From NCBI RefSeq assembly GCF_058153355.1, contig NZ_CM177019.1: a stretch of DNA of 64,000 nucleotides; one strand, 5' to 3'. This document shows, piece by piece, positions 27,591-37,702 of the stretch. Position numbers and translations under genes: made by a program. Numbering within the stretch: the first letter of the stretch is position 1; the number at the start of each line of letters is the position of its first letter. The notes under the pieces were generated by a model, which worked only from the letters and a program-made list of their open reading frames with translations, ran no database searches and was not told the DNA's origin.

Positions 27591-27755
27591 CCCTTCACTC
27601 CTTTTAAAGTAAATTTGATCATCTGAATCAGTAAAATAAATTCCCACGAATTTGGGGCGCAGGACGCCTTGAGAACGGCTTATCTCATTTTCGCAGTCAA
27701 CTATTTAGTCATCGTTCAAACAGAGAAACAGGCCGCCGAAGCGGCCATTTATTAT

Positions 27756-30626
27756 TTATATTTTTTCCAGCGCGGTGAGTATTTTCTCCGGTGTGAAATG
27801 CCATTCGCGTAACCAGATGCCGCAGGCATCGTGAATTGCGGTAGCAATCGCCGGAGCTGCGCCATTTACACCGATTTCTGAGATTGATTTCGCCCCGAAT
27901 GGGCCGACTTTATCGTCGCTCGGCACCAGCACAGCGCGGAAATCACGCGGAATGTCACCAATTTTCGGTGCGCCGTAACTGCGTAAATCACGCGTTAACG
28001 GGTGGCCTTCGGCGTCATAAATGATTTCTTCGCTCATACTGTGCCCGATAGCACGCAGGGTGGCTCCGTAGATTTGTCCCAACGCTAACTCTGGATTGAC
28101 CGGTGTACCACAGTCCAGCAAGGCGTAGAATTTATCCAGGCGGATTTCACCCGTACGTGTGTTGACGGCAACTTCAGCAAAGTTTGCGCCATACGGGAAG
28201 GCGAAATCAGGCGTGATATAACTGGCAGTTCCCACCAGTGAACCAAAACCGGTGCCGGTTTCGCCTTTATGGGCAATATCCCCGAAACTAACTTCGCCTT
28301 TCTTGCCGCGCACGACGCCCGGCGTTGCTAGTTGAACATCTGCCACTGGCTCACCCAACATTTGCGCGCCGTGGAACAGAATTTTATCCCGCAGATTTTC
28401 CGCTGCCAAACGCGCCGCGTTACCCGAGAAGCAAGTACCGGACGAGGCATATGCGCCTTTATCAAACAACGCATGATCGGTATCACCGGAGATAACATGC
28501 ACGTCCTGCGGTGGGCAGTGCAGCACTTCTGCTGCCAGTTTCGTCACCACGGTATCCAGACCAGTACCAATATCCGCACCGCCAGAATGAACAATAAAGG
28601 TACCGTCCGATTCCAGTTTAATCATGCAGTTAGCCTGATCGATATCCGGGATCCCCGATTTCTGCATGATAATGGCGACGCCGCGACCGATGTGCCAGTC
28701 ACCATTTTGCGGTTTTGGTGAAGACCATTGGATCATCTCGCGACCCTGACGCAGGATCTCTTCCAGCGCGCAGCTGGCGGCGGAAGGAACGGAGGTCGGC
28801 GCTTTACCTTCACCAATCGCACCGAGAATTTTCAGCTCTTGCCCTTCGTGTACCCGGTTACGTTCGATAATTTCCAGTTGGTCGATCTGTAACTGTTCAG
28901 CCAGTTCCGCTAATGCCATGGTGATAGCGAAGTTACCTTTCGGTGCGCCATAACCCTGATAAGCACCATTTGGGCAAATGTTGCTGTAGTAGGTGGTGAC
29001 CTGGAAATCGACGTTATCGCACGGATATAACGGCAGCGACAGCGCCGGTCCGTTACACGGTACGGTGAGTGAGTGGTTGCCGTAAGGGCCTGTGTTGGCG
29101 CGGAAATCCATCTTCACAGCCGTCAGGCGACCATCTTTCTTTGCCCCCAGTTTGACGGTGACTTTCGCGACGTGACGAGAGGTGTTAGCAATAAACTCTT
29201 CTTCACGGGTGTAGCGGAACAGTACCGGACGCCCGGTCACGCGGGTTGCCCAGGCGCACACTTCTTCCAGCAGGATGTCCTGTTTGGAACCAAAACCACC
29301 GCCTACGCGTTCTTTAATGACATGAACTTTATGTTGTTTCATGCCCACGAGGCGCGCAACCTGGCGGCGCAAGTGCCATGGTACCTGGGTGGAGGCGTGG
29401 ATCACCAGACGGTCGCCATCCATACGGGTAAAGCAGATATGTGTTTCAGTCGGGCATTGCTGCGCCTGAGTTGAGTTATAGGTTCGTTCAATGATCACAT
29501 CGGCATCGGCAAAGCCTTTATCCATATCGCCAATATGACCATGAATACTGGCGGCGATATTTTTACGAGGGCGAGAACCGATAGGGAAGTTGATGATCAT
29601 ATGCTCGCCGCGCTGGGCTGCATGGCTGTTATCGTCTTCCAGAGTGTCTGGCGCACCCGCCACATACACCACCGGTTCATCGTGTACGACAGGCGCATCT
29701 TCCGCCATTGCCTCGTCAATCGACATTACCGGCTTAAGCACTTCATATTCAACGTCGATGAGCTTCAGTGCTTCGAGCGCAATTTCTTCACTTTCAGCGA
29801 CTACCGCAGCAACGCGATCGCCGACGTGACGCATTTTCTTGCCGAACATACGGCGGTCAAGCGGTGACGGTTCCGGTGCGCTCTGACCACCCGGGGTATA
29901 GTAGATATCCGGGCAATTCAGGTGAGTAATAACGTGAACGACGCCCGGTAAGGCTTCAGCTTTGCTGACATCCAGATGAGTAATCAGTGCGTGAGCGTGT
30001 GGGCTACGTAACATTTTAATGACGCAGGCGTCAGCCGTTACGCGGTCTTCAACATAGCAGGGTTTCGCCTGCACCATTTTTGCGGCATCAGTTTTAGGAT
30101 AATGCTTACCAATGACTTCAAGGTCATCGCGGAAAGTCGGAGCGATATCAATGGTGGCCTGCGGGTTATTTTTACGTGCAATTGCCAGTTCAACGACCTG
30201 ATAGTATTGTTGCCAGCCTGCATCGCGACTGAACAAACCAGAAAGCGCGTCGTCGATCTCTTCGCGGGTCGGTGCGGCGATACGCTCGAGCAGATCAGTG
30301 ATAATCAGAGCAGCAGCAGGATCGTTATAACCAGACTGCACCACGCCAACATCAACCATTGCCTGTTGAACCAGACTTAACTCGTTCCATTTTCCCAGAG
30401 ACTCTGCCGTACGAATATCAGCCTTCTCTATCTGTGCGGCAATAAGTAAGGACGCGTTAACGATATTACCGTTAAAGATAATTGCGTCAGAACCGGCAAA
30501 CCCGAATCCATCATCGCTGTTGCGTACAGAGTGCATTCCCATGTTAAACAACAGCTTTTGCACGTTTTCGCCTGGATTAACGGTTAGCTCCTGAGGCGCG
30601 CCATTTAAAGTAAAGTGGATGATCAT
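27756..30626 (-). CDS. xdhD: molybdopterin-dependent hydroxylase, xanthine-dehydrogenase-like large subunit (956 aa)
   Basis: N-terminal 2Fe-2S ferredoxin-like + Mo-pterin (aldehyde oxidase/xanthine DH a/b hammerhead) domains; 956 aa. Confidence 0.92.
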   Translation of the reverse strand: MIIHFTLNGAPQELTVNPGENVQKLLFNMGMHSVRNSDDGFGFAGSDAIIFNGNIVNASLLIAAQIEKADIRTAESLGKWNELSLVQQAMVDVGVVQSGYNDPAAALIITDLLERIAAPTREEIDDALSGLFSRDAGWQQYYQVVELAIARKNNPQATIDIAPTFRDDLEVIGKHYPKTDAAKMVQAKPCYVEDRVTADACVIKMLRSPHAHALITHLDVSKAEALPGVVHVITHLNCPDIYYTPGGQSAPEPSPLDRRMFGKKMRHVGDRVAAVVAESEEIALEALKLIDVEYEVLKPVMSIDEAMAEDAPVVHDEPVVYVAGAPDTLEDDNSHAAQRGEHMIINFPIGSRPRKNIAASIHGHIGDMDKGFADADVIIERTYNSTQAQQCPTETHICFTRMDGDRLVIHASTQVPWHLRRQVARLVGMKQHKVHVIKERVGGGFGSKQDILLEEVCAWATRVTGRPVLFRYTREEEFIANTSRHVAKVTVKLGAKKDGRLTAVKMDFRANTGPYGNHSLTVPCNGPALSLPLYPCDNVDFQVTTYYSNICPNGAYQGYGAPKGNFAITMALAELAEQLQIDQLEIIERNRVHEGQELKILGAIGEGKAPTSVPSAASCALEEILRQGREMIQWSSPKPQNGDWHIGRGVAIIMQKSGIPDIDQANCMIKLESDGTFIVHSGGADIGTGLDTVVTKLAAEVLHCPPQDVHVISGDTDHALFDKGAYASSGTCFSGNAARLAAENLRDKILFHGAQMLGEPVADVQLATPGVVRGKKGEVSFGDIAHKGETGTGFGSLVGTASYITPDFAFPYGANFAEVAVNTRTGEIRLDKFYALLDCGTPVNPELALGQIYGATLRAIGHSMSEEIIYDAEGHPLTRDLRSYGAPKIGDIPRDFRAVLVPSDDKVGPFGAKSISEIGVNGAAPAIATAIHDACGIWLREWHFTPEKILTALEKI

Positions 30627-31402
30627 ACGGCTTCCTCCCCAGCCTGTTGGCAGTCGGCATAAAGGTCGGCTACCAGAACTCCCGTGATATAGCGTTTATA
30701 GGCCACGCTGCCCCGCAAATCTTCCTGCGGGAAAATGGCGTTGGCGACAGCCTGTTCAAGGGCATCGCCTTCCAGGTTTTGTTTTTCAACATCGTGCAGA
30801 CGCAGTGCTTTACTGGCCACGCCATCCAACGCAATTCGCATACCGTCGTGATCGGTTAACGCAACGGCTGCCGTTACTACCGTTAACCCAGCCTGAGAAC
30901 GGCTAATTTTGCGAGTCGCACAGGTGCGATACGGATCTTTAATGATGATTTCGGTTAGCAGGCGATCGCATGGGCAGGCCAGGTACTCCTCAATTGACAG
31001 AGTTTCACCGTTGCCAAAAACCAGTTCGGCATCCAGTGCCAGCAGGACGGGAAGCAGCACCGACTCTTCCTGCCGGGCGGCGATTTCACCACCAATGGTC
31101 GACTGATTACGAATATGGCGAGAGTAGACAAAGCCGAGAGCCTCACGCAGTGCTGCAGGAATAAACCGTGCATCACGCAGTGTTTGCAAGCGAGACATCG
31201 CGCCAATCCGCAATGCACCGTTATCCCAGTCAACCCAGTCCAGTTCCAGATCCTGTAAGGATATGGCAATCTTTTTATCGGTACGGGTTGGTGTGGCGTT
31301 GAGTTTACTGCCTCCGGCAAACCAGACAGCTTCATCCTGATAGCGGCGCTTCAGTTCCAGCGCCTGTTCGACAGAGTCGGGTCTGAAAAATTGTTCAATC
31401 AT
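30623..31402 (-). CDS. ygfM: FAD-binding subunit (CO dehydrogenase flavoprotein-like, 259 aa)
   Basis: 259 aa; stop overlaps xdhD start by 4 nt. Confidence 0.88.
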   Translation of the reverse strand: MIEQFFRPDSVEQALELKRRYQDEAVWFAGGSKLNATPTRTDKKIAISLQDLELDWVDWDNGALRIGAMSRLQTLRDARFIPAALREALGFVYSRHIRNQSTIGGEIAARQEESVLLPVLLALDAELVFGNGETLSIEEYLACPCDRLLTEIIIKDPYRTCATRKISRSQAGLTVVTAAVALTDHDGMRIALDGVASKALRLHDVEKQNLEGDALEQAVANAIFPQEDLRGSVAYKRYITGVLVADLYADCQQAGEEAV

Positions 31403-31452
31403 CTTCTTTCCTTATTTAACCCTCTTCCTTTAAGGAAGAGGGTATCTGTCAT

Positions 31453-32781
31453 TTATGCCAGCGCATCCATCCGACGCCACATAGCAGCGGCGGCTTTTTG
31501 GGCTTGCGCATAAATGGAATCGCAATCGAAGTTAAACTGACGGTCTTCATAGACCATAACGCCGTTGACCATCACGCTGTGGACGCTGCCTGAACCCATG
31601 CCGAAAGCGATATGTCCAGCGATATTGTCTGCCAGCAGTGGCGTCGGCGAGTTGTAATCGCAAATGGTTAAATCGGCTTTATAACCGGTTTCCAGCAGGC
31701 CAAATTTCGCGCCAAAGTTGCGGCTCATCAGTTCGTTGCCGTTAGCCAGAGCTTTGGCAAAGCTGTCAGGCCACAGCGGACCACCCGCATCGCGATGTTT
31801 AAAGAAGGCAAATTTCATCTCTTCAAACATATCTGAACCAATACCGTCCGTACCCAACGCCAGATTGCGGATGTCGCAAAGATGATGGTTGTAGCCGACA
31901 TGGTTGTTCATGTTTGAACGGGCGTTATGCACCAGGAATGCATCACGCTGATTGAGCAACGCGATGTCGTCTTTAGACAGATAAAGCCCATGAGCGACCA
32001 GCGTTTTGCTGTCGATGAGATCGAATTGCGCTAATCGTGCCAGCAGATCTTTGCCGTACCAGTGATGACTATGGGAAACATCGTAAAGGTCTTCCGCAGC
32101 GTGAATATGTAAACCACGGCCTGTGGCTTTCACGGCCTCACGCAGCATTTCCAGACCGGCATCCGGCACAGTAAACGGCGCGTGAGCACCAATATGAGCC
32201 TCTACCAGATACGGTTCAGTTGCCGCTTTCTTCGCATCGTCAATCTGACGGGCGAAGCGGATATTTTCCTCTACTCCTTCCTGTAGTTCTTTAATGCCGT
32301 TGTTACGGTCAGTGGTTTCAAAACAGGTCATCGCACGCAGGCCAACTTTTAAAAATGCGTTGCGCAATGTGGAGAGCGACCCGCTGATATACGCCGGAGA
32401 GGCATGGTGATCGATAACAGATGTACAGCCGCTCTTAATCGCTTCCAGTGAACAAATCAGCCCGCTGTAATAGAGCGACTCTTCATCAAGGGCGCGATCG
32501 AGCCGCCACCAGAGATTTTTCAGCGTTGAAATGAAATCCGGGCAGGGGGCGATGTTTGCCATAATTCCACGGGAAAGCCCCGAGTAAAAATGGTTGTGCG
32601 AGCAGACAATTCCCGGCATCACAATCCGACCATGCATCTCTTTGTAGTTGGCATCGGGGTAGCGTTGCGTCAGCGCATCGCCGATAGCGACAATCACATC
32701 ATTTTCGATGGCGATATCAACGCCTTCCTGCACTTTCGCCGGGTGTAACTGCACTGCGGTGACATTCTTCAGAATCAACAT
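31453..32781 (-). CDS. ssnA: amidohydrolase-family putative aminohydrolase SsnA (442 aa)
   Basis: Metal-dependent hydrolase HNH(F) motif (VCSHNHFYSG); 442 aa. Confidence 0.9.
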   Translation of the reverse strand: MLILKNVTAVQLHPAKVQEGVDIAIENDVIVAIGDALTQRYPDANYKEMHGRIVMPGIVCSHNHFYSGLSRGIMANIAPCPDFISTLKNLWWRLDRALDEESLYYSGLICSLEAIKSGCTSVIDHHASPAYISGSLSTLRNAFLKVGLRAMTCFETTDRNNGIKELQEGVEENIRFARQIDDAKKAATEPYLVEAHIGAHAPFTVPDAGLEMLREAVKATGRGLHIHAAEDLYDVSHSHHWYGKDLLARLAQFDLIDSKTLVAHGLYLSKDDIALLNQRDAFLVHNARSNMNNHVGYNHHLCDIRNLALGTDGIGSDMFEEMKFAFFKHRDAGGPLWPDSFAKALANGNELMSRNFGAKFGLLETGYKADLTICDYNSPTPLLADNIAGHIAFGMGSGSVHSVMVNGVMVYEDRQFNFDCDSIYAQAQKAAAAMWRRMDALA

Positions 32782-32783
32782 GA

Positions 32784-35700
32784 TTACACCTCCACGCGGC
32801 CCAGCAGATAATGATGATGCTGGTGGACATGGCTAATGATGCGGCACATATCGTTCAGCTCCGGTGGTACGTTGTTGAACTGACCTTCGCTGTCGATGTT
32901 TAACACCCAGCTTTGGTTATTCAGACGTATGCGTACCTGGCAATCTTCCACAAGGAAGCCAGGGTTGCTGCTGTTATCAAAGTCTTGCGACAGGCTGAAT
33001 ACGGTGATTTTGTCTTTATATGGTTTACCGTTCCACGGGCAGAACTGGGCGCAGTTGCCGCATTCGTTACAGTAAGCGTCGAGGTGCAGCGTCTGGAAAC
33101 GGTTCTGGAATCCAGGGACCGCAATTGAGACATTGGCGCGGTTAGGGCAGACATCCACACACTTGCTGCAAACGTAGTTACATTCAAGACAGCGAGAAGC
33201 TTCCTGAGCGACAAACGCATCACGATCGTCGCTGTTCACCAGGGTGACTGAGATATCGCCTTTACGTTGGTAGATTTCCGCCGGATTGACGTTGTTCCAG
33301 TATTTATCGTTCTGGTGGGAACGGATATTTTCCCGACTCAGGATGGCATCGGTAGCCCGACGCGCAGTTCCGACAGCTGCAACGATAGAGGACGGTCCGC
33401 GCTGTACGTCGCCGATCATAAAGACGTCAGTCAGACGAGTTTCGCCATTATGGTCGACGTCTGGCCAGCCATTTTTGTCCAGCGGCACGCCCATCGCATT
33501 CAGGGCTTCAGTATCCTGCTGTTCGCCAATGGCGGTGATCAGGCTGTCTACATGCAGTGTTACTGTTTCGTTGGTTTCAACCGGACGGCGACGACCTTTC
33601 TCATCAGGTTCGCCAAGCGACATAACGCGCAAGGTTAAGGTGCCATCAGCATCGAAACGTTCCGGATTATTCAGGAAACGGAACTCCACGCCGTCGTGCA
33701 ACGCTTCTTCATACTCTTCGCGCCATGCTGGCATCTCTTGCAGTGAACGACGATAAACGACCGTTGCTTTTTCTACGCCTGGAACGCGTAACGCCGCACG
33801 AGCGCAGTCCATTGCGGTGTTACCCGCCCCGACAACGACCACATGCTTGCCCAGCTTGAGCGTAGTGCCTTTGTTGTATTCACGCAGGAAGGGGAGTGAT
33901 TTCCACACATTTTGGTTGTCGCCCGCCAATTTCACACCGCTATTTTTATCAGTGCCGGTGGCAATCAGAACATAGTGGAAGCCCTGATTTTTTAACTGTT
34001 CAACGGTCAGATCGGGTGAGCAGCCATACTCAAATTTCACGCCGTGAGCGGCAACAAAATCGATATCGTGCTGAATTAACTCTGCAGGAATACGGAACTG
34101 AGGAATGATATTTTTCACCACGCCGCCCGCATTGGCTTCGCGTTCAAACAGCGTAACCGGATGGCCCGCTCTGGCAAGGAAGTAACCTGCTGCCAGACCC
34201 GCCGGACCTGCACCAATCACGGCAACCGGATGGCGTGAACCAGAACCGGCTGGTTTGTGCCAGCGTTGCTTATATTCATCCCAACCTTTTTCCAGCGCGA
34301 CTTTTTTCAGTTCGCGGATATTCAGCGCACTGTCGTAATCCAGGCGGGTACAGTTGTATTGGCACTGGTGATCGCAAATATGACCGGTAATGGCGGGCAG
34401 GGCGTTGCGTTGGTAGATGAGTTCCAGTGCGTCGGCATAGCGGTGTTCGCCAAGCAGACGGATGTATTCCGGAATATCCTGTTTAATGGCGCAAGCAGTA
34501 ACGCACGGTGCAACGTAGCAGTCGGTCAGCGGCAGGTCTTCTGCCACTTCAATACGCTCTTCTGGCTTCCAGTGTTTCTGCGTGTATTCCATGGTTAACG
34601 CGTCTGCTGCCAGTTTGTTCAGTCGTTCGACGTCAACATGGTCAAGCCCCCAGGCGTCGGAGCCTTCCAGCTCGCGCATGCAGGCACTTAAGCGCAGATA
34701 GCCGCCAGGTTTCAGCAGGTCGGTTGCCATAGTAATAGGGCGAATACCAGTATCAAAAATATCGCGGATAGTCAGCTGACTGGCACCACCGGAATAAGAA
34801 ATGGGCAGTTTGCCGTCAAAGGCGCGAGAGAGAACTGCTGCAACATTGATGGAGAGCGGGAACAGCGCACGGCCTGACATATACATCTCTTCACCAGGCA
34901 GTGCGCCTTTATTGTTGATGGTGCCGAGAGTGTTAGTCAGTTTTACGCCAAAGCCGAGTGATTTTTCTTTTGCCAGTACCATCAGGCGTTCCAGCATTTC
35001 CAGCGCTTGCGTCAGCTTGAGGTCGTGATCAAATGACTCTTCTTTTAAGCCTATGTAACCGAAACCGCAGACATCGAGGATCTCACGAACACGCGCGTAC
35101 CCCAGTAAGGTCGGGTTGAGTTTCACAAAGGTATTGAGCCCTTTTTCTTCCAGCATGTAGCGGCAAATGGCTTCGATTTCATGCGGAGGACAGCCGTGCA
35201 TCGTGGAGAGGGTGACGCCCTGCACCATGCTGGTGGGGATGCGAGCGGGTAAGGCCTGCAAGCATTCGCGTTTTTCCTGTAAGCCGTGGCGGGCTAAAAA
35301 TGCGTCATCCTGGAGTAATTTATTCAGCGTATCGCGATATTGAGCGAATTTCGGATGGTCAGATGCGTCCATCATATTGTCGATGAACTGTTGCATTGGC
35401 GGTTGCTTAATACCTTCGAGGTTGTAACCGACGCTCATATTAAAGATGAACGATTTACCGGAATCAGAAGGCTGGAACATCGCTTCGAGAAGGTGCAGGG
35501 CAAACCAGGCTTTGAGGTATTCATCCCAGGCTTTAAGCAGGGTAAATTCGGTAGACCATTCGGTGTTAAAGCACTCGTCTTCAGCGTCGATACAGGGCTT
35601 TTCCAGTTCCAGGCGGTCAAGAATTTGGACAGTTTTTAGTTCGATGAAGCGTCCGCCAGTCAGCCAGGATGTGACAATATTTTGCGCGAGCTGCGTGTGC

Positions 35701-35882
35701 GGACCAGCGGCAGGGCCGACGGGAGTGGCACAGGTTTCACCGAAGACGCTAACAGTTTTACCTTTTACGGGTGAGTAAAACTGTTGCTCGGGAATACCAA
35801 AGATTGAGCGTTGTTGTTGGTATTCATCAAATATGCGCGTCAAAAGTTCCTCAAACGGAATGGGACGCATAATATCCCCCAT
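32784..35882 (-). CDS. ygfK: putative Fe-S/FAD oxidoreductase subunit (glutamate-synthase/DPD-like, 1032 aa)
   Basis: 1032 aa; internal GAGPAG dinucleotide-binding motifs and C-terminal 4Fe-4S cysteine clusters. Confidence 0.9.
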   Translation of the reverse strand: MGDIMRPIPFEELLTRIFDEYQQQRSIFGIPEQQFYSPVKGKTVSVFGETCATPVGPAAGPHTQLAQNIVTSWLTGGRFIELKTVQILDRLELEKPCIDAEDECFNTEWSTEFTLLKAWDEYLKAWFALHLLEAMFQPSDSGKSFIFNMSVGYNLEGIKQPPMQQFIDNMMDASDHPKFAQYRDTLNKLLQDDAFLARHGLQEKRECLQALPARIPTSMVQGVTLSTMHGCPPHEIEAICRYMLEEKGLNTFVKLNPTLLGYARVREILDVCGFGYIGLKEESFDHDLKLTQALEMLERLMVLAKEKSLGFGVKLTNTLGTINNKGALPGEEMYMSGRALFPLSINVAAVLSRAFDGKLPISYSGGASQLTIRDIFDTGIRPITMATDLLKPGGYLRLSACMRELEGSDAWGLDHVDVERLNKLAADALTMEYTQKHWKPEERIEVAEDLPLTDCYVAPCVTACAIKQDIPEYIRLLGEHRYADALELIYQRNALPAITGHICDHQCQYNCTRLDYDSALNIRELKKVALEKGWDEYKQRWHKPAGSGSRHPVAVIGAGPAGLAAGYFLARAGHPVTLFEREANAGGVVKNIIPQFRIPAELIQHDIDFVAAHGVKFEYGCSPDLTVEQLKNQGFHYVLIATGTDKNSGVKLAGDNQNVWKSLPFLREYNKGTTLKLGKHVVVVGAGNTAMDCARAALRVPGVEKATVVYRRSLQEMPAWREEYEEALHDGVEFRFLNNPERFDADGTLTLRVMSLGEPDEKGRRRPVETNETVTLHVDSLITAIGEQQDTEALNAMGVPLDKNGWPDVDHNGETRLTDVFMIGDVQRGPSSIVAAVGTARRATDAILSRENIRSHQNDKYWNNVNPAEIYQRKGDISVTLVNSDDRDAFVAQEASRCLECNYVCSKCVDVCPNRANVSIAVPGFQNRFQTLHLDAYCNECGNCAQFCPWNGKPYKDKITVFSLSQDFDNSSNPGFLVEDCQVRIRLNNQSWVLNIDSEGQFNNVPPELNDMCRIISHVHQHHHYLLGRVEV

Positions 35883-36203
35883 AACCCTCTCCTTAGCTTA
35901 TACAGATATCATTGAGTGACCGGTGTTGAGAAATCCGGTGGTTTAGGGGGATAAAGCAACAATCGCACCACTCTTGCCAGGTTTGGCGGGAAATATAAAA
36001 AAATGTGAGGCGGCTCGAAACTTAAGGGCTTTTTGTGAATGAACTCACAGGTGCCAAATGAGAATTAAAATCACTCCTGGAAATTATTATTACCAGCCCA
36101 TTTATCACTTTTTCTCTTTTCTCAAAATCAGTGATTCCTTATCATAATGATAAAGCAGGCTGGATGGTTTAGATATTTGAACGCAAACGTTTAACTACGT
36201 TTT

Positions 36204-36782
36204 CTAAATTTTAGTATACCTTTTTTGCGCTGTAATAAAGTCGTCCGGAGTATCAATATCTAAAATTATTTCTGCATTTTCTATTTCGACGGAATAATGT
36301 TCTCCCATAAGAAGTGCCTGACGCATATTGGTGACATTGGGTCGCTGGGTTGCCTGCATCAGGCATGGCTTTGACACTAAAATCGGATGGCCGGGGATAC
36401 CTTTATGGAGTGGCAGTATTGCGCCATCATTACGTAACGGCCAGATTTTTCTAAAAATATCGATGGTGAGGGTTGGCATGTCACCGTGGGTGAGAAAACA
36501 ATGTTCGGTTTGCACCGCGGGTACTGCGGCCTTTACTGATGTCAGTAAACCCTGCGCATAATATGGGTTGTGGATAATAGTGATATTACTCTGGTTCGCA
36601 TAACGTTCGTGCAGTTCATTACCACGATAGCCGGTGACTAAAATAATTCGGCTACAAAACTGCAACGCATTTTTGATACTTGCATCAAGAATTGTTCCCT
36701 GTTGCCAGGGTAACATCATTTTCCATTGCCCCATTCTTGATGATAATCCGGCAGCGGTAATTATACAGTCGATGGCTGACAT
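36204..36782 (-). CDS. mocA: molybdenum cofactor cytidylyltransferase (192 aa)
   Basis: MobA-like NTP-transferase N-terminus (IITAAGLSSRMG); 192 aa (YgfJ). Confidence 0.88.
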   Translation of the reverse strand: MSAIDCIITAAGLSSRMGQWKMMLPWQQGTILDASIKNALQFCSRIILVTGYRGNELHERYANQSNITIIHNPYYAQGLLTSVKAAVPAVQTEHCFLTHGDMPTLTIDIFRKIWPLRNDGAILPLHKGIPGHPILVSKPCLMQATQRPNVTNMRQALLMGEHYSVEIENAEIILDIDTPDDFITAQKRYTKI

Positions 36783-36884
36783 AGTGGTTCCATTATTAAT
36801 AGGGGCTAATAACGCCTGTTAATTGCGTTACTCCCTGATGGATTAAGTTGGGGATAATTTATCCCAGAGAGGTCATAAAGACTC

Positions 36885-37655
36885 GTGAAAAGTATAGTTG
36901 ACCCATCGGCATTATTCATTGATTTAGGCGCGCAGAAACGTTCCACTGTGATTTCTGTTGTTGGGGCTGGGGGGAAAACCAGCTTGCTTTTTTGGCTGGC
37001 AGAGCTGCTCCAGTCTAGCGGCAGGCGTGTGTTAATCACTACGACGACACATATGTTTATGCCAACGTCTCACTGGCCCGTGGTTTTCTGTCGTGATCCC
37101 GCCATGCTTCCTCATGCGTCTCTTACATCCCCCATTTCATTTTGTTTTCACAGCTGGAAAGCGAACCAGGGAAAAGTGCAGGGATTTATGCCAGAAGCGA
37201 TTGATGCACTGGTGCAACGACCAGAGTGTGACGTAATTCTCATTGAGGCAGATGGCTCGCGTGGAATGCCGTTAAAAGCGCCTGATGAGCACGAACCTTG
37301 CATACCCAAAAGCAGTTGCTGCGTGATTGCTGTGATGGGAGGACATATTTTGGGTGCGAAAGTGAGCACAGAAAATGTCCATCGCTGGTCGCAGTTTGCT
37401 GATATTACCGGGTTAACACCTGATGCAACCTTGCAACTGAGCGATCTCGTTGCGCTGGTTCGCCACCCTCAGGGCGCATTTAAAAACGTACCGCAAGGTT
37501 GTCGGCGAGTCTGGTTCATTAACCGTTTTTCTCAATGTGAGAATGCGATTGCGCAAAGCGAGCTCCTTCAACCGCTGCAACAACACGACGTAGAGGCAAT
37601 CTGGCTGGGCGATATACAAGAACATCCTGCAATCGCGCGCAGATTTGTGAATTAG
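36885..37655 (+). CDS. yqeC: putative selenium-dependent hydroxylase accessory protein YqeC (P-loop, 256 aa)
   Basis: Walker A GAGGKTS near N-terminus; 256 aa at expected locus. Confidence 0.85.
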   Translation: MKSIVDPSALFIDLGAQKRSTVISVVGAGGKTSLLFWLAELLQSSGRRVLITTTTHMFMPTSHWPVVFCRDPAMLPHASLTSPISFCFHSWKANQGKVQGFMPEAIDALVQRPECDVILIEADGSRGMPLKAPDEHEPCIPKSSCCVIAVMGGHILGAKVSTENVHRWSQFADITGLTPDATLQLSDLVALVRHPQGAFKNVPQGCRRVWFINRFSQCENAIAQSELLQPLQQHDVEAIWLGDIQEHPAIARRFVN

Positions 37656-37702
37656 CGGCCCGGGTATTCCGGGTTACTGAAAGGATATCCATTGAGGTTG
37701 GT